A stretch of 64,000 nucleotides of DNA from assembly GCA_963716175.1 (NCBI GenBank), contig OY970296.1:2336001-2400000 (forward strand). Direction: 5' to 3'. Positions 42,493-51,995 of this stretch are shown here, one piece after another. The notes beneath the pieces are model-generated. The model did not search any database and was not told where the DNA came from. It worked only from the letters and a program-made list of their open reading frames with translations. Every line of letters starts with the position of its first letter. Positions within the stretch are counted from its first letter, which is position 1. The stretch is from an uncultured Armatimonadetes bacterium. Lineage in GTDB: Bacteria > Armatimonadota > Hebobacteria > Hebobacterales > Hebobacteraceae. The position numbers and the translations under genes are program-made.

Positions 42493-43197
42493 ATGAGCGC
42501 TACAACCTCTTTCATCGAGCAAGCGAAGCAGCGGGCCGAGCGCTTCGGCGTGCGGAACGTGGTGGTCGCAACGCTCACGGGCGAGACGGCCCGGCTGGTC
42601 CGGGAGGTCTTCGGCCCTGGCTACAGGCTCTTCGCGGTGGGCAATCCCACTGCGGCTCATGCGCGGGGGCTGGTCTACCACGATGGCATCAGCGAGGAGG
42701 CGCGGCGGGGCCTGGAGGAGGAAGGCACTACCGTCATCCTGATGGACCAGGGGCCTTTCCAGGCGATCAGCATTGGCGGGCAGCCCTATGACGTGGGCGG
42801 AGAGGTGCCGTCGGAGATCTGGCGCGGTGCGCACAAATCCATCAGGGACTGGGGCTTCATCGGTCGGCTCAGTGAGGTCATCACCAAGGGCCTGCGCGGC
42901 GAGATCAACCCTCTCTGGCTTATGTCGCAGACCGTCGGTTCTCTGCTTGGCGACGGGCCTGCGGTGTGCCTGGAGGTGACGCTGATGGCAGCAGACTCAG
43001 GCGAGCTACCCCTCGACGAGGATTGCATAGCTATCGCCCGACCCCGACCGGCGTCCCATGCACCCGATGCCGCGCTAGTGCTCCATCCACAGACCACACC
43101 CCGCTTCCTCGCCGGCCTGCGGATCAAGGACCTGCTCCTGTGCCCGAGGCCCGGAGATCACTGGTTCTGCGACAAACCGCTCTGGCCGGATGGCTGA
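42493..43197 (+). CDS. pyruvate kinase C-terminal-like (MTH1675-type) hypothetical protein
   Basis: VVVATLTGETA and VCLEVTLMAADSG motifs. Confidence 0.65.
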   Translation: MSATTSFIEQAKQRAERFGVRNVVVATLTGETARLVREVFGPGYRLFAVGNPTAAHARGLVYHDGISEEARRGLEEEGTTVILMDQGPFQAISIGGQPYDVGGEVPSEIWRGAHKSIRDWGFIGRLSEVITKGLRGEINPLWLMSQTVGSLLGDGPAVCLEVTLMAADSGELPLDEDCIAIARPRPASHAPDAALVLHPQTTPRFLAGLRIKDLLLCPRPGDHWFCDKPLWPDG

Positions 43198-43375
43198 ACA
43201 CGCCGGCCAGTCTGCCCTCCGCCGCCTGTCTTGTGCCAGTGTCCGAGTGTAGATTGTCCGGCGCCAGCGTAACCCCTTCAGCACGTTGATCGCGAAGATA
43301 CAGGGTGCTTGAGCGGCCAGGCAGGAACTGCATGTGAGCAGGAAGAGCGCGGCTACAAGCGGCCTTTCCTATGCT

Positions 43376-44149
43376 TCATCGCATGCCCTCCAGTCCGAAC
43401 ACCTTCGCCGCGTTCCCACCCATCAGCAGGTTCATCTCGGCCGGCGGCAGTTGGGCCTCCTCAGCCTTCAGCAGCGCCGACCGGGCGTAGAAGAAAGGCC
43501 ACAAAGTGCCGAACAGCAACTTCTCGGCGCCGACCGCTTCACAGGCCCGCCTGATACATCCCACCCCGTCGAGATGGGTGGTGTCGAGCCAAAGGTTGGG
43601 CAGTGCCCGGATGCGCTCCGCGTGTGAGCTGTTTTCTACCTCCCCCTGGCGAGCGGCCGCGGCGGCGATGCGCGCCGCCGGCGCGCTCTCTGCCAGCGAG
43701 ATGACCTCCTCGATCGGCGCCGGTGGGACGAATGTGGTCGGCGGGTGGCTGCGCTCGTCCTGCATCCTGAGCTGGATCACCGCCGCCAGGTTGTGGCCAG
43801 CCAAGCTGTCGAACACAGTGTTGATCTGCGAGACCGGGTAGCCGTGGAACCCCGGGGCGAATCGCACCGCTCGGACCTGGGGGTGGCGCGCCAGTTGCTC
43901 GATGTGCCGCTTGGCATCGGCCATGCGCAGGTTCACGACTGGCGCAGCCCAGAGATTCGGTCGGCCCTTGAGGCGGCGCAGCAGCTCGTCGTTGGCCGGT
44001 TCTGTGTCCGTGTAGAAGAGAGCGGGCATCGGTGAGACCAGCGCCTGGTCGAGAGCCAGTTCCTTCATCGTGGCAGCAAGGCCGCGCACGGTTCCCTCAA
44101 TGTTCCGGAACGGCCATGGTCCAAGGTATGCCGCGGCATCAACCCTCAT
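43376..44149 (-). CDS. amidohydrolase family protein (metal ligands degenerate)
   Basis: VDAAAYLGPWPF (no HxH), PGFHGY, DERSH, LLFGT. Confidence 0.8.
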   Translation of the reverse strand: MRVDAAAYLGPWPFRNIEGTVRGLAATMKELALDQALVSPMPALFYTDTEPANDELLRRLKGRPNLWAAPVVNLRMADAKRHIEQLARHPQVRAVRFAPGFHGYPVSQINTVFDSLAGHNLAAVIQLRMQDERSHPPTTFVPPAPIEEVISLAESAPAARIAAAAARQGEVENSSHAERIRALPNLWLDTTHLDGVGCIRRACEAVGAEKLLFGTLWPFFYARSALLKAEEAQLPPAEMNLLMGGNAAKVFGLEGMR

Positions 44150-45069
44150 AGTTGGAGCCTCCCCGCCAGCAGGCGGGCCGCGTTGCCTCCCAGGATGAGC
44201 GCCTTCTGTCTGGGCGACAGCTTCGCGCCATACACCTTGCCGAGGGCCGCGCCGTAGCCCCGGCCGGAGGCATCGGTTCCGAAGACCACGCGGCGCGCTC
44301 CCAGCTTGCGCACCGCCAGCTCGGTGACGCCGGCCTCGGGCTCGCTGCCCGAAGTATCCACTAACAGGTTGTGATAGGGCGCGATCTCGGCGATTCCCCG
44401 TTCACCACCTCCCGTGAGGTGGGCCATCACGATCATGGTTTCCGGGTGCCGCGCGGCGAGAGCGGCGACATCCGCTGGCGTTGATTCGTTAGGCCCCTGG
44501 TCCTGGCGCTTATACCAAGCATGTTGAAGGATTGGCAGCCGCAGCCGCGCCGCGCGGGAGGCGATGGGGTCCACGAGCTGGTCGCTGGCGTGGCATGAGA
44601 TCAGCAGCTTGATCCCGGCCATGCCGGCCTCGACACAGCGGTCTATCTCCTGGAGCGCCTCTTCCGGATAGCGAGGGTTCACATAGCAGAAGCCGATAAC
44701 CTGCTCAGGATAATCGGACATGAGTGCGAGCGCGGCGTCGTTGGCCTCTCGCACCTGCTCCGGGGTCGGGGACTCGCTCAGGTCACCCAGCGCACTGAGG
44801 CAGATGCGGTCCACATGATGGAATCGGGCCTCTCGCAGAATCCGCTCCATCTCCGCGCGCTGGGCCTCGCGCGATCGCGAGAAACCCGGATGGACGTGGA
44901 AGTCTATGATCGGGCTGCGGCTTGGCGGCGGGTGTTTCGGGTTCTGTCCTTCCACTATGCCCTCCTCACTCACTGGGCGGCCGAGTCCAGCTTCAGCAGT
45001 CGCTTGGCGTTCTCCGAGGCGATCGCCCGCATCCTTTCTTCCAGCGCGCTCGGGCATCTCCGGGTTCAC
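44146..45069 (-). CDS. amidohydrolase-2 family protein
   Basis: DFHVH, GIKL, MAHL, VFGTD, GGNA; true start may be downstream. Confidence 0.88.
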   Translation of the reverse strand: MNPEMPERAGRKDAGDRLGERQATAEAGLGRPVSEEGIVEGQNPKHPPPSRSPIIDFHVHPGFSRSREAQRAEMERILREARFHHVDRICLSALGDLSESPTPEQVREANDAALALMSDYPEQVIGFCYVNPRYPEEALQEIDRCVEAGMAGIKLLISCHASDQLVDPIASRAARLRLPILQHAWYKRQDQGPNESTPADVAALAARHPETMIVMAHLTGGGERGIAEIAPYHNLLVDTSGSEPEAGVTELAVRKLGARRVVFGTDASGRGYGAALGKVYGAKLSPRQKALILGGNAARLLAGRLQL

Positions 45070-45605
45070 GTCTGATTCCGCTGCCGCCTGAGCCGAGTCA
45101 GAACGCGGCTGTTACGCTGACGCAACGTGTACCATCCGCTCTGCCGCTCCAGTTGCACCCTCTTCCGCGCCACCCAGGCCATCCCCTCCCGCTGCGGCAA
45201 CACCCCCCTCCGCCCGCGCCCCCGCCCCAGCCGCCTTGCCTCCAGGTGCTGCGCCGCACACACCGCCCCACGAACGGCTCGCTCCGGTTCTTCAGGATCT
45301 TGTCCCCCTGGATCACCCGCTGGTGCTCGGTCCCCCAGCACAGGTCCCCCTCGCCCCGGCAGGAGCAGAACAGGTTGTCCACCCAGTTCTGTTTCTGAAT
45401 CCCCAGGGCGACTCCCGGCGGCCCCACCCTGGGCTGCCCCACCTTCCTCGAGGCCACGCACAGCCAATCGTCGCTGTCCAGACACCGGCACACCACCAGT
45501 CGATTCGGCCAGCCGCACCCTTCCGCCCAGGGAGGAACGTTAAGATTACCGTGCCACTGACCACCTCCTCCTCCGTCGGCTTCCCCAGGTTACCCAGGCG
45601 ACAAG

Positions 45606-46583
45606 TCATCTCTCTGCGGGACGCATAGTGGCTCGATACAGGTCGCAACGCCCTCCCCCTACTCTCGCGAACAGCAGGCGGTCGCTGCTCTCCCAACCTA
45701 CGACGATATCCTGATACGTGGCCGGGGCATCCTCATAGGTGATCTGCGCATATCCTCCTGCAGCCAGGTCGGCCAGAAAGAGCCCGTAGTGCGTCTCCGC
45801 CGGTGGGAGATCTTCAAGATCGAGAGCGACACGTCTACCGTCCGGCGATGGGTAAACGCCCATCGCCGTGATGCGGCGGAGGGGTTGCTTGGGCATAGAG
45901 CAGATCAGGTCGGACCGCGCAGTCGTCGTATTCACCAGAACGACCGAGTTGGTGGCGCTTCCTGTCACCGTGTCGATTCTCCTCACCCCCACGACGACAT
46001 TGTCGTCGGACCAGGCAAGCTTGGGCCACGTCCCGTCCGGAATCGACAGTAACTGCGAGAACTTCAGGTGCGGTGCCCTGAGCAATCCGACCCTCACCAC
46101 CGATCGCTCCCGAGTGCTGGCCCATACCACCACCGCCAGCTGCTGGCGACTCTTATCCCACTCCGCCGAAATCGATTGGAGTTGCATGCCGGGCACCGTC
46201 ACTTCCCCTCGCCCCCTGGATTCCCAATTGGCGTCGAACAGCCACACTCCCCCGTCCGACGAGTGCTTCGGGTCACCTAGTGCCGTGACAGTCCAGTGCC
46301 CAGCGCCCTTCTGCACCTCGTGGACATAGTAGCCGCGTGGGATCGCGCCAGAGGGCACGACTCCCTGATCGGGATGCATGAAGAGTTTGGGGAGATCTAT
46401 ATCGCCCTTCAGGAACTCAACCTTCAGTACCGGCGGCGCATGCCTCAACTGCGGTTGAGACGAGTGGCCTTGACTGGCAAGGCGCCCCGAGCCGCAACCA
46501 CCGCACGCCGCTGTGAGCAGCGCGGCGAGCCAGACAACGACACCGCGACTGCGCCATCCTGCGAACCGCTTATGCCTTGTCAC
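45606..46583 (-). CDS. putative lipoprotein with TolB-like beta-propeller, candidate immunity protein
   Basis: LTAAC lipobox, PSPDGRRVA repeat motif; GTGA coupling to the upstream toxin-tip remnant; visibly lower GC. Confidence 0.65.
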   Translation of the reverse strand: MTRHKRFAGWRSRGVVVWLAALLTAACGGCGSGRLASQGHSSQPQLRHAPPVLKVEFLKGDIDLPKLFMHPDQGVVPSGAIPRGYYVHEVQKGAGHWTVTALGDPKHSSDGGVWLFDANWESRGRGEVTVPGMQLQSISAEWDKSRQQLAVVVWASTRERSVVRVGLLRAPHLKFSQLLSIPDGTWPKLAWSDDNVVVGVRRIDTVTGSATNSVVLVNTTTARSDLICSMPKQPLRRITAMGVYPSPDGRRVALDLEDLPPAETHYGLFLADLAAGGYAQITYEDAPATYQDIVVGWESSDRLLFARVGGGRCDLYRATMRPAER

Positions 46584-47260
46584 TTTAGCTCTCTTACGAA
46601 CGCGTCAATGCTCTCGGCATAGGCGTAGCAGCTGCCACCGGGCTGGCGCTGGTGCTGATCAACGTTCACGATCAGCCGGTTGACTTCGCCACTCGCCTTC
46701 GCTCCAGCCGGCTGGGGTTCAAGCTCCCCATTCAGCTCATCGGCCGCACCTTCTCCGAGGACGGCGACGTCCCCGCCGCCACCCTCCGCGCCTCCGGCAG
46801 CGAGATCAGCGGCCGCTTGCCAGGCCGGTCGGTGGTGCTGCTGACGCTGCGGTGAGAGCAAGCCGGTGCGGGTCGTAGGTGTAGTCCCGGTCAATGACGT
46901 CGTCGACATCGGTCTGCTCGCTTCGGCCCGGCTCGCTCAAGCATGAACAGGCGATCCTCTCTCCGTTGCTACTCTGCAAAGAAGCGTCCCTTCGCTCGAA
47001 GCACCAGCCCACGGGACACTCCATAGCAACCGGCACCGCCGCGCGCCCCCGCCAGTCCGTCCTCCGGGGCCGGCCGCGGCCTTCTGGCACGTGCCCTGTG
47101 CCTCCCACTGGCCGTCTGCCAGCAGCTGGCTGTCCTGCCAGGCCCGCCGGTGCATCTCACAGGTGCAGGGGTCGCCAGGCTTCTCGCAGTCGCAGCTCTT
47201 CGGGTCAGCCCAGATCTCGACGTACACGCCCGTCGGGGTTGCTCTGGATCCCGCTGTCTG
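46580..47260 (-). pseudogene. second orphan RHS C-terminal (toxin) cassette, frameshifted and interrupted
   Basis: SCDCEKPGDPC...RAW...ADGQWEAQGTCQ matches the pattern in cassette 1; terminal piece SCYAYAESIDAFVRELK*. Confidence 0.5.
46631..46855 (+). pseudogene. 3' fragment of an unrelated host-like gene, inverted within the toxin region
   Basis: LALVLINVHDQPVDF...LPGRSVVLLTLR*; high-GC host codon style; no start or RBS. Confidence 0.45.
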
Positions 47261-47265
47261 AGCCT

Positions 47266-48036
47266 TCACGGCTTCCACCTCACCCAATCAGCATCTGCCT
47301 GTTTGGCCCAGATAGTGCGTCCCTGTTTGTCCTTGCCAAGCTTCTTGCGAGGGAGCCACTCGACATGGCCATCCGCAAAAGCGTAGTTGTCACCGCCCAG
47401 GTGCCGCGGTCTGATCGGGAGTGTTTCCTGCCAGCCGTATGCATCCCAGCCACGATCGCTCTCGAATATGGTTACCACGGTGGGTCCCGCAGACAGGTCG
47501 GGCCGGCCCAGCACTGCTAGCCTCGAATTGGCTGCAAACCCACAAGCCAATTCCGGGACAGAGGGGCAGGCAAAGGTAGTTGCGCTCCCGAGGTATGGTT
47601 TGGCGGCATTGCACCAGGAACTGGCTGGCGGGTACGCTCCTTCGTAGTCCGATAGATAGATGCGCAACGCACGAGCGAGATCGTGCAACCTTGCCAGACA
47701 TATTACCTGCTGCGCTTTCAAATGGTCCTTCGCGTAGAGCGGCGGCAGCAGATAGGCTGCCAAGCAAACCAATAGCGCGATGGAGATTCCGCTCTCCGCC
47801 AAGGCCCTGCCCTTTCTTGGGCGATCTCGGCCCGCCAGGAGGAAGACAAGTATCCCGCAGGCGGTCCCCACCGCCGCCAGTGCGACGGCGGGCCAAAGCA
47901 GAAGGTTGGTCACTCGCCCTGCTGCCCATCGTTGAAGCACCAGGGCAAGGGCAACCAGTGCAGCACCGGACAACGCCAAACAGAATCCGGCGATCACATC
48001 ACTGGCGGTACGCGTTCGACGCGGTGCTTGGAGCAT
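47266..48036 (-). CDS. membrane protein with DUF1559-like / H-X9-DG C-terminal domain
   Basis: Three N-terminal TMs, CLARLHDL...Y..DY...YP, FACP, RHLGGDNYAFADGHVEW. Confidence 0.8.
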   Translation of the reverse strand: MLQAPRRTRTASDVIAGFCLALSGAALVALALVLQRWAAGRVTNLLLWPAVALAAVGTACGILVFLLAGRDRPRKGRALAESGISIALLVCLAAYLLPPLYAKDHLKAQQVICLARLHDLARALRIYLSDYEGAYPPASSWCNAAKPYLGSATTFACPSVPELACGFAANSRLAVLGRPDLSAGPTVVTIFESDRGWDAYGWQETLPIRPRHLGGDNYAFADGHVEWLPRKKLGKDKQGRTIWAKQADADWVRWKP

Positions 48037-48111
48037 CGATTTGATCTCGCTTGAGTTCCGCGTTCGCGGTTCGCGGGCGCGTCATCGGATGGGTCGGTAG
48101 CACGTCCACGC

Positions 48112-49260
48112 TCAGAAGGTATTGTCCCCCCAGTGTACAGTGAATGTCGGCCTCTCAGTGGGCTTTGCGCCGTAACGCGTTGGGCAGGTGGTTTGACAGC
48201 GCCTGCGATTGCCGGTCGGCGTATTGGCCAGCCCGCCGGTGACATCAGGCCATCCCACATACCCAGCGACTGCCCACGCCTTGGCCGCCCCCAGATGAGA
48301 GAGTGCGCCGGCCAAGAGCAGCCACCTCTCCACACGGTTAACCATAGCGCCGAATCTATACTGGTCAGCCCCGAATTCATCGGCACAGAGACGCCACATG
48401 ATGCCAAGGGAGACATAGTTAATCGAGCGAATGCTGAAGCATTGCCCGTCCACCTCCAGAGTATCTTCGCAGCCATTCGGCGTGGAGCATGGAGGATAGT
48501 ACTGCTCGTGCCAGCGCTCTGCGGCGTGGAAAAGCTCCTCTATGTCGAAAGCCCATTCGAACTCGTATCCTCCAGAATATCCCTGAGGCATGCTGAAGCT
48601 AGACAGAGATTCACATGCGCTTCTCCGCTGGGGGTCTTGCCACGCCCCCTTGAACATGCCGCGGATCTTTGATGCCGTCCACCGTAGGGGCCGTGTAATA
48701 TCCGGCCCGCACACCTTCTTCTCGCCGGCCGTCAGGCCGACGCCGCCTCCGACGCCTGCCCCCGCCTGACAGACTCGCCCCGGGGCGTACTCCCGCACCG
48801 TGCCCGTCCGCTGCCAGTTGTCGTTGGCTACGTACCAACCCGTGGGCCGACGTAGCCAGATCCGGAAGCTGGCATCACACTGTGCTCCGGCTCCGCCAGC
48901 CCCACACGACACATCGTACGATTCCACTATCCTCTTCTGAGCTCCGTGGGACTCGATGGGCGGGGGCAGGATGATGCAGCCAAAGCGCTCATCCCGCCGG
49001 TCCGAGCCGGGACAGCACCACCGCCTCTCCGCCCCTCCGCTGACCTCGCCCGCAGGCCTGCCCTCCCTGTCCGCACTGCCCCTGCAATCCAGACGGATCA
49101 ACCAGCCCGATGGGGTTGTTGCCGGGGAAGCGATAGCGGTTGACTTCCGCTCCCCCTCGGCTGCGCTCGGGGTGAACTCCGTGGTGGAATGCGTCGTCCT
49201 GCAACACCAGGTCCCCCTCCATTCGCTTCGCTCGGCTCGCCCAACCGAATTGTACACCGG
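48112..49260 (-). pseudogene. orphan RHS core tip plus C-terminal toxin domain
   Basis: NRYRFPGNNPIGLVDPSGL (49085-49141) RHS-core signature, frameshifting into a Cys-rich domain (CGPDIT...INYVSLG...GYVGW). Confidence 0.75.
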
Positions 49261-49442
49261 CCAGAACAGGCGCGCAAGGGATTCATGGCTTGCCCCCGCT
49301 TGTCATTCCGAGCCCGCCAGAGGCGGATGAACCCGGCGCAGGCGGGCGAGGAATCCGTTCTGTGTGGTGAGCGTCCGCAGCAGCGGACGCCTTCCTCGTG
49401 GACAGATGCTTCGCGGAGTTCACCCTGAGCGCAGTCGAAGGG
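49153..49442. repeat. 29-bp inverted repeat pair (49153-49181 and 49414-49442)
   Basis: CGGAGTTCACCCYGAGCGCAGYCGARGGG; 3 mismatches between copies. Confidence 0.8.
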
Positions 49443-49454
49443 CTCAGCATGACA
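49301..49454. mobile_element. MITE/REP-like element
   Basis: Imperfect terminal inverted repeats TGTCATTCCGAGC / GCTCAGCATGACA; internal palindromes; no ORF. Confidence 0.65.
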
Positions 49455-49601
49455 GCAAGACGGCCCTGTCGGGCCATCCGCAGCAGCCCCACGAACAGGC
49501 GCAGACCCGATTGCGGGCGGCGGCCCGCAGAGGGGCTCCTCTACGAGGAGCAGAAGACTCAGGGAGCCGTAGGGTCGGGAGCGATAGACGGAGGCAAGCT
49601 C

Positions 49602-50678
49602 ATGGCGCGGCGCTGGAAATTCGGTCTGGTTGGGGTGGGAAGGGGCTCGGGCTATGGGCGCCTGGTGGCAAGCGACCCGCAGTGCGAGATCGTGGGCTGC
49701 TGCGATCGGTCGCAGGAAGCCCTGGCGCGGTTCCAGGAGGAGCTGAGTCTGCCGGACGGCCGCTGCTTCACCGATTACGACGATTTCGTCTCCTCCGTGG
49801 CGATGGACGCGGTCTTTGTAGGGACGCCCATCCCCTTTCACGCGGAGCAGACCGTGACCGCGGTGGAGGCCGGCATCAACGTGCTGAGCGAAGTCACCGC
49901 CGCCGCCACCCTGGAGGAATGCCGCCGCATCGTGGAGGCGGTGCGGCGCACCGGCCGCATCTACATGCTGGCCGAGAACTGCTGCTTCTGGCCTTTCATC
50001 CTGGAGTGGCAGAAGATGGTGCGGGCCGGCCGCCTGGGCGAGATCTACTACTCCGAATGCGAGTACCTGCATCCCATCCCGGAGCTGATCGTTGACCCGC
50101 AGACTGGAGAGCACAAGTGGCGCGCCGAGCGCCCGCCGCTGCACTACTGCTCTCACTCTCTCGGGCCCATCCTGGAGATCACCCAGGACCGCATCACCCG
50201 CGCCATGGGGCTGGGGCAGGGCCACCGGATGATGCCAGCTCACCCGGTGCTGGGCGCCATTGACATCCAGGTGGCCCTGTTCGAGACCGAGAAGCAGGCG
50301 ATCATCAAGCTGGCGCGCAGCTCCGTCCTCGCCCGCCATCCCGCCATTCACTACTACACCTTGCAGGGAACCAAGGGGTTCGTGGAGACCGACCGGCTGG
50401 GCCCGACCGAGGGGCTGCTCTACGTCCAGGGGGAGATGGAGCGGGCGCAGAGGATCAAGGTCTCCTATGTGGATGAGTCGCTGCCGGCCAAAGCCCACGC
50501 CGGGGGTCACGGCACCGCCGAGTACGGTGTGCTTCAGGCCTTCCTGCGGGCCCTGGAGACAAGCGAGAAGCCCGCGCTGGACGAGGTGCGCGCCATGGAT
50601 CTGTGCGTGCCGGGCCTGATCGCCCACGAGTCGGCGACGAAAGGCGGGGTGTGGATGGAGGTGCCGTCTCTTGCCTGA
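49602..50678 (+). CDS. Gfo/Idh/MocA oxidoreductase
   Basis: GLVGVG, TPIPFH, VLSEV, MLAEN. Confidence 0.9.
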   Translation: MARRWKFGLVGVGRGSGYGRLVASDPQCEIVGCCDRSQEALARFQEELSLPDGRCFTDYDDFVSSVAMDAVFVGTPIPFHAEQTVTAVEAGINVLSEVTAAATLEECRRIVEAVRRTGRIYMLAENCCFWPFILEWQKMVRAGRLGEIYYSECEYLHPIPELIVDPQTGEHKWRAERPPLHYCSHSLGPILEITQDRITRAMGLGQGHRMMPAHPVLGAIDIQVALFETEKQAIIKLARSSVLARHPAIHYYTLQGTKGFVETDRLGPTEGLLYVQGEMERAQRIKVSYVDESLPAKAHAGGHGTAEYGVLQAFLRALETSEKPALDEVRAMDLCVPGLIAHESATKGGVWMEVPSLA

Positions 50679-50711
50679 GGCAACAGGCCGACCGCGGCCC
50701 GGGGCAGGCTA

Positions 50712-51920
50712 GTGTCAGGGAACGAGATCATCGTCCGCGCCATGACGGGGAGCGAGGAGGACATCGCGGCCGCGGCCGATATCGTCTACCTGGCCTGGCC
50801 CGAGGTCGCCAAGTCCTGCACGGAAGCGATGATCCGGCGCGATCCCTGGCGCGACCAGCAGGCCGGTTTCGGCGCCTTCGCCGGGAGTCGGCTGGTGTCT
50901 TACGCGCGTTTCCATTACCGCCCGGTGCGGGTCGGGAGCGCGCTCCTGCGCATGGCCGGTGTGGCGGATGTGGTCACGGTCCCCGAGTTCCGCCGCCAGG
51001 GGCTGGCGAAGCGGGTGCTCTCGGCCGGCGTGGACTGGATGCGATCATCGGGGATGACCTGTGCCCTGCTCTTCACCGGCGTCCCGTATGTCTACTCCGG
51101 CCTGGGTTGGGGTGAGGTGAAGGAGGCCAGGCTTTCGCTGCCGATGCGCGCTCTGCCGCGGCTGGGGAGCGGCCGCTACCGGATCGGCAAGGTTCACTTC
51201 ACCGAACTGCCCGCCGAGCTGGGACGAATCTACGAGTTGAGCTGCGGGTCGCACCCCATCTCGCTGGCGCGAACGCCGGCCTACTGGAGGAACTGGCCCT
51301 CCTGGATGATCGGCAACGGGGCGTTCACCCTGTCGGATGAGTGGGTGGTGGCGTGGCGCGGAGACCAGCTCGCGGCCTATGGTGTCGCTGCGCATTCCAG
51401 CATCGCCGAGATCTGCTCACTGCCAGGTGAGGAAGAGGCGCTGTTCGACGTCTTCGACAGCTTGGCGGAGCGGATGCGCCGGACCAGGCGCGAGCGGCAA
51501 CTGCAACTCGACCTTCCTCTGGACCATCCGCTGGCGGCGCGTCTGGCGGTGCACGGGAAAAAGGAAGCCGAGGTCTGCGGCATGATCCTGGTGTTGGACT
51601 TGCCGGGGCTGCTCAGGGAGCTGGGCCCGGAGCTGGCGCAGCGCTGGCACGCGGCTCAGCCTGGTTGTCTGCGGCTGGAGTCACCGCTGGGTGCGGCCAC
51701 CCTGACGGTGGATCGCGGAGAGGTGAGGGTGGACGCTGCCCCCGGGGCACCCATGCTTCGGCTGACCCCCCGCGGGCTCAGCTCACTGCTGCTCGGGTTT
51801 CAGTCGGCCGGGGACCTCCAGCAAGCAGGGGAAATCGAGGGCGATGCCCAGGCCTTGGAAGTGGCGGACCAACTCTTCCCCTGGCTCTTCTCTCACTTCT
51901 GGGAGGTAGACAGGTACTGA
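50712..51920 (+). CDS. GNAT acetyltransferase, Eis-like
   Basis: VVTVPEFRRQGLA, YSGLGW; C-terminal SCP2-like region. Confidence 0.85.
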   Translation: MSGNEIIVRAMTGSEEDIAAAADIVYLAWPEVAKSCTEAMIRRDPWRDQQAGFGAFAGSRLVSYARFHYRPVRVGSALLRMAGVADVVTVPEFRRQGLAKRVLSAGVDWMRSSGMTCALLFTGVPYVYSGLGWGEVKEARLSLPMRALPRLGSGRYRIGKVHFTELPAELGRIYELSCGSHPISLARTPAYWRNWPSWMIGNGAFTLSDEWVVAWRGDQLAAYGVAAHSSIAEICSLPGEEEALFDVFDSLAERMRRTRRERQLQLDLPLDHPLAARLAVHGKKEAEVCGMILVLDLPGLLRELGPELAQRWHAAQPGCLRLESPLGAATLTVDRGEVRVDAAPGAPMLRLTPRGLSSLLLGFQSAGDLQQAGEIEGDAQALEVADQLFPWLFSHFWEVDRY

Positions 51921-51934
51921 AGGCCAGAGACTAT

Positions 51935-51960
51935 CCGCAGATTACGCAGATTGCACAGAG
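51935..51960. repeat. short 9-mer tandem repeat
   Basis: CCGCAGATT-ACGCAGATT-GCACAGAG between convergent genes. Confidence 0.6.
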
Positions 51961-51995
51961 CAACGCTCCGCGGCTATCCACAGTTGCGGAGGCAG

